Below, piece after piece: positions 59,377 to 64,000 of a stretch of 64,000 nucleotides of DNA; the first letter of the stretch is position 1; each line of letters begins with the position of its first letter. The translations under genes and the position numbers were made by a program. The stretch is from Lingula anatina (taxonomy: Eukaryota > Animalia > Brachiopoda): contig CM120640.1 in assembly GCA_051362555.1 (NCBI GenBank), forward strand, positions 23,732,225 through 23,796,224, in the 5' to 3' direction. Below the pieces are notes generated by a model. The model had not been told where the DNA came from, searched no databases, and saw only the letters and a list, made by a program, of their open reading frames with translations.

Positions 59377-60268
59377 TCAGTTGCTGTGTATCCAGCTTTA
59401 AAATAATATCTAATAAGATTTTTCATTGTTTAAGTCGCTTGCTTTCCGCGTGCCAAATGTGTTAAAGTTCCGCAGCAAAAAGTCGTCCGCAGAAAAAAGT
59501 TGAAAAGTCGAAAACTCGAAAAGTCGCAAACTCGAAAAGTCGAAATATCCAATAGGGGCCACCATACACAACCCTATACATGCATTTTCCACATAAAAAT
59601 AATGCAAGTCTTCCTCAGTCTAAGATATCAGTGACTAGAGGTTTTTTTATGACCTCAGTTGGTAAGGAAAAGCATTATATTCGATTGACAATTTTAAAAG
59701 ACCAATTGAAACGTATACTTTAAGATACATATGAAACATAAGATCAAGAAAAAGCTTCGAGATGGCTGTGACCAATACAAGACCTTTTCGTGTTCGGTTG
59801 GTTCCACACCTTCGGCTTTGGTTTAAGAAAGAATGGGGGCGTAAGTGACCCCAAATGGAATGAATAATTTGCAAATATTTGTTGGTACTATGAAGGTGAA
59901 TAGTTCATGGGGGGCTTATCATGTTTCATATGTCATTTCTCATATCCAAAGTACTGTTCCAATGTTTTTTCAAGATCCAGGTTCAAAGTCATAGAGATTC
60001 AACTCTAAAAACCCGAATGAAGGGCGTGAAAATATTCATTCCAATTTTCATGTTTGTTCCTTCCCATTTTCAAACGACTTTTGCTGCAAATTCTCGATTA
60101 TCTATAGATAAAATGGGTATACCTATAGCAAATTTCCCAGGCGGTTTTGGTAGGTGTTTCTTTGCAAATGAAGAGAAAATTGCAGAAAGTTCAAATTGCA
60201 GAAAGTTTTACACTTTAAAGATCTGACGCCTACCATATACCTTTTTAGTCTCAATTCAAATCCTCCTG

Positions 60269-60302
<34 letters not shown>

Positions 60303-61453
60303 GGCGGGGTGAAATGTATGGTGAATTATTATCTAATAAGAATACACATATTCTGGAAAAGGCAACAACTTTGGGAAATGTAACAACAAAACATTAGCCA
60401 TCAGATAATGTGTATTAATTGCCTCATCACTTCACCAATCCACTCGCGATTGAGAAAAAAATCTTTCGGGTGCGCTATAAATGACCTAAACATATAAATC
60501 AACATGAAGGAAATACTGGGGTCTGTTTATGATTTACTTTATGTTTCGACGGCCATGTACTATATCCTTATCATTTTTTGCACAGGTGCATCATGCATAA
60601 CTAACATAAAAAGATTTACAAGCTGTGTTACCACACACACAACCACCGATCTTCCCTCGAAGCAGTCAGCAGCCGCAGCTGCTTTGACCACAGTATTTCA
60701 CGCGCGATGAAAACGCGGAATGTGATCTGTTTTAAGGTTCTCTTAAAAAAACTGTTTTGAGCAGTCCTGTGTCTGTTTTTGCCAAGGTGTTGGCATAGTT
60801 ACTTCACGGTCAGTCGTGATGTTACGGGGGTCGAATTACTTTGCATCTATAACGGGGTCTTGTCCGAGAATCACCTGGCAGTTCGTTATCTAGACATCAA
60901 TCCTTAAGAGCCTAAAGGCCGTAGAGGCTGCAAGTTCACGATTAATTAAAAAATCCCCACTTGTATTAAGGTAACTTCACTCTGTGTGAACATACCAACC
61001 TTATCAGCTCATGGTAAAATACCGGTAGCTTTGATGTTCTAAGAAATAAATAACCGTGCAGCAATTTCAATTTTAATATTAAAATAGTGGTCACAGTATT
61101 CACCCTCAACCCGGAAACTTACCGATGACGCAAATGCAACCGTGTGTAATTTATTTTAATTCATTATAGGTCACTTGGAGAGTTTATCGGGTCTATTACT
61201 TTACCTTGAAGTGCACGTTTGAAGATAACGGTTTACCCACCCGTAAACTTAATGACTTGTGACAACCGAAACCTGGCCTCGGCTGATTAAGAGATAGCAC
61301 TTTGTTACCTGAGATGCTTACCTGTTGCATAACAGATAAATCCCATGAGAAACATGATTTCTACTGTTTGATAAACATTACATTTTTGCATTCTGAAGCA
61401 TCTTGTCCAACCTAAAAATTGAGAGAATAACGCATTTTGGCAACCTAAACTGC

Positions 61454-61485
<32 letters not shown>

Positions 61486-62255
61486 AGAATCTGATAATCG
61501 CCCGCCCTTAGTTGCAGTCTGAGTATCAAGCATAAAATACTCAATAGAAACTCCTATCGGAATCTCAACCGGCAAAATCGCAGTTTCTTCAGGTATAGCT
61601 CTACTGCATTTGTACCAGCAGAGATTTCGAGGGTGTATTATAAACCCCCGACTCTACAAATACCAAATCGGAGTGAAATGTATAAACGCACCATTTCAAA
61701 AAGGAATACATTATTAAGTCACTTGCAATTAGGCCGTGTGGAGACTGTTGCGTCTTACACGTTATGTATGATTTACTATTAAGCACCTTTTGATATGGCT
61801 TTGAGCGATTATTAAGAACAAAATCTAATTTTTTAGTGTTGTTAATGAGCCTGTAATATACTCAGATTGGTAAAAAGAATATAATTTATACCTTTGCTAG
61901 CGTTTGTTTGCTTTGTGAAATTCATTTTTTTATAAATTGCATGTTCATTTTGTTTAATATTATTTTTCAGCCATGTGATGTAAACTTCTTTGAAGATAAA
62001 AATCCTACTTACATCACAGTGATCAAAAATAGATAACAAATAAAATATCCAATTAAATTTTTTGAACGTTTACAAATTTCCTGTACACAAGCTGATAAAA
62101 CAGAAATGGAAAATTGTTCTTTTTCCTAAAAAAAAAAACTTTCGTCCAAAATGATACGATGTAGTGCAGTATTAATCTTAAAACCTTTACATTAATAACA
62201 TATTCTATCAAAATTATGCCTTTTCATGTCATATCGTCAAACGTTCATTTATATA

Positions 62256-62430
62256 CAGGGGCGGATCCAGGATTAATTGAAGGGGGGAGGTGCGCGGATG
62301 CGAAGCCGACCTTACCTCCCCCCCCCCCCCCCCCCCCCCCCCTTGGCGTGGGGTTCGGGGCCCGCTGAAGGGCCCCGAAATTTCTTGGTAATTTAGAGGG
62401 CGAACGGTGCCATTTGGTACGGTTTAGAAC
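62256..62430 (+). mobile_element. 5' end of a CAGGGGCGGATCCAGG-type MITE (hAT-like), truncated
   Basis: Terminus CAGGGGCGGATCCAGGA followed by G/C runs and a GGGGCCC...GGGCCCC hairpin; no matching right TIR seen. Confidence 0.45.
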
Positions 62431-62754
62431 TATGATTCAGCTAATCCAAATACTAATTGCAAGAGGGAGACCATTGGTGCGATTTTTTTCAGAAATTGAA
62501 GGGGGATCACTGCTGTGGATATCGTTTGGGGGATTTTCAAACCCATGGAGTGTACTTTTAAGGTTGTAATTTTTGTAGTTACTTTTAAAACAATAACTCA
62601 TTATTTGTTATCATTTATTTAAAAATTTAAAAAAATCAAGTTTGATTTCATAGATATTAGTTCTCTCGTTAACAAATGTTTTTAACACATGCAAAATAAT
62701 GAACGTTTTGATAACAGGGTTATATATATTGGTTAGACCATCAACAAGTGTTAA

Positions 62755-63695
62755 AGGCTGGGTCACACTGCGCTTGCAACCTTTTGGCAACCTCTTTGCA
62801 ACCACAAAATCTGGTGGTCGCTTGCGATCACTTTGCGACCTAATTTGCATATTTTGATCGGCAAGCAGTTGCTAACCGGTTGCAACAAGGTTACAGTATG
62901 GTATCTGCAACCTCTTACAGACAATCTTCAAGTCAGAGGTTACCAGTCGCACACCGTTAGGCGAGCGATAAACAACCTGTCAGCAACCACTTGGAGACTG
63001 AAAACCGGTTGCAGGACTGTAGCGATCGCTTGCCAACTGGTAGCAGCAAGGTTGCACAGACTATATATATTTTATAAGTTGTGACGATAGCTGCCTTCTC
63101 GTAAATTTCCCTCTCGGATGACAACAGAGGGAATATTTTAAACATTATACAACGATTGGATCCGTTCCGTAGCAGCTTCAAATGATTTAATATTTTGAAT
63201 ATTAAAGTATGATTCTGCTATGAGATTCTGTTATAACGTCACAGTCGATTTCTGTACTACCAATATTGTCAAACTTACAATAATAAATAAGAAATATATT
63301 TGTACTATATATTGGCATTTATATCAAACCAGTGGTGTAATAAAACACATATTTGGATGTTTTTTCAGCCTTATTAATGTAATAATAGGCATGCATAGTT
63401 TCTTTTTTCAATACTTGGTATCTTTGAGGTCGCAAGGCCTGTGCAGTTACGGTCACACTGAACATAAAACCTCCTTGCGACTTGCAACTGTCACCGGTTG
63501 CAGAAAGGTGGGCGACAAGTTGCAACAACTCGCAAAGTGGTCTCCAAATGAACGCTGGGTTACTATCCGGTCGCGCCGGTTTTCGGTGCAGCACCGAAAA
63601 CCTCCTGGCGACCGAAAAGCCTATTTGTGGTATCCAACCGGTTGCTAAAAGGTCGCCGACTGCTTAGCAACTGATTTGCGACCGATTGTGTGGTT
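62755..63695. mobile_element. Harbinger-like non-autonomous element with GCAACC/GCGACC-rich arms
   Basis: TAA|AGGCTGGGTCACAC left end resembles the TIR at 50950; dense GCAACC/GGTTGC/GGTCGC motifs at 62770-63060 and 63425-63690; right TIR degenerate. Confidence 0.45.
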
Positions 63696-64000
63696 TTCCC
63701 TTTGTCTTTGTAGCCCCAAGCGTTACACTTACAATACAACATCTTTAAATAGTGAAGGATCCTGCGCGTCATCAATTTGTTTCCGTCCTTGTGGTACGAA
63801 TTCTAAGTACTGGGAGGAAGTTAATTTGTATTTATTTGACCTTCTTTATATTGGTGACACTGTTTTACTGTTATAAAAATGCCTGACAATTAAATTTATT
63901 GTAAAAAGTATGAATCAAACTTTGCTATTTACTTTTTTTCTCTGCGCCCGCCTATTTGCTTAATTTTTCTTCCATTGTGACTTGGCAAATTATGACTTGG

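Larger units (their letters stand above)
55392..59566. mobile_element. 4.2-kb non-autonomous TIR DNA transposon, IS3EU-like
   Basis: TIR TATGGTGGCCCCTATTGGATATTTCGACTTTTCGAGTTT at 55392 and its reverse complement ending at 59566; perfect 6-bp TSD CACAAC at 55386-55391 and 59567-59572; subterminal 8-bp arrays at both ends; no transposase ORF recognised. Confidence 0.75.

Noticed and set aside
62611-63876. Several overlapping ORFs near the window end
   Set aside because: They arise from GC-richer motif repeats of a non-autonomous element; no transposase or host-protein motifs.

Overview
Eukaryotic (metazoan) genomic DNA, AT-rich and intron-containing. The gene and repeat content suggests a marine invertebrate, probably a lophotrochozoan such as a mollusc; this is inference only. 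(1) 2684-21565 (+): the 3' part of a LAR-family (type IIa) receptor protein tyrosine phosphatase gene. I traced 23 exons by hand with consistent phases, covering six FN3 repeats, an unexpected extra Ig-domain exon, the membrane-proximal region, the TM helix, and the D1 and D2 phosphatase domains. The 5' exons lie upstream of the window. (2) 26597-32963 and 37910-42340 (-): two tandem, intact, 8-coding-exon paralogues of a DUR3-like urea transporter (sodium:solute symporter superfamily), 784 and 775 aa. (3) About 43-64 kb: no recognisable host gene, but many non-autonomous DNA transposons, including a pogo/Tc1-type MITE, Harbinger-type elements, Helentron/HINE-type elements and a 4.2-kb element with TAT...ATA termini and a 6-bp TSD (IS3EU-like). 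The most notable observations are: a symmetric cassette exon that would insert an Ig domain after the FN3 array of LAR, followed by a dense cluster of Rbfox (TGCATG) motifs; a candidate 39-nt microexon at the position of the vertebrate LAR cleavage loop; a RING/PHD-like C7H zinc-finger insert and a signal peptide in both DUR3 transporters; patchy gene-conversion tracts between the DUR3 copies; a GC-AG intron; and a sharp CpG-depletion boundary at the end of the LAR gene. All calls were made by eye with no database searches.
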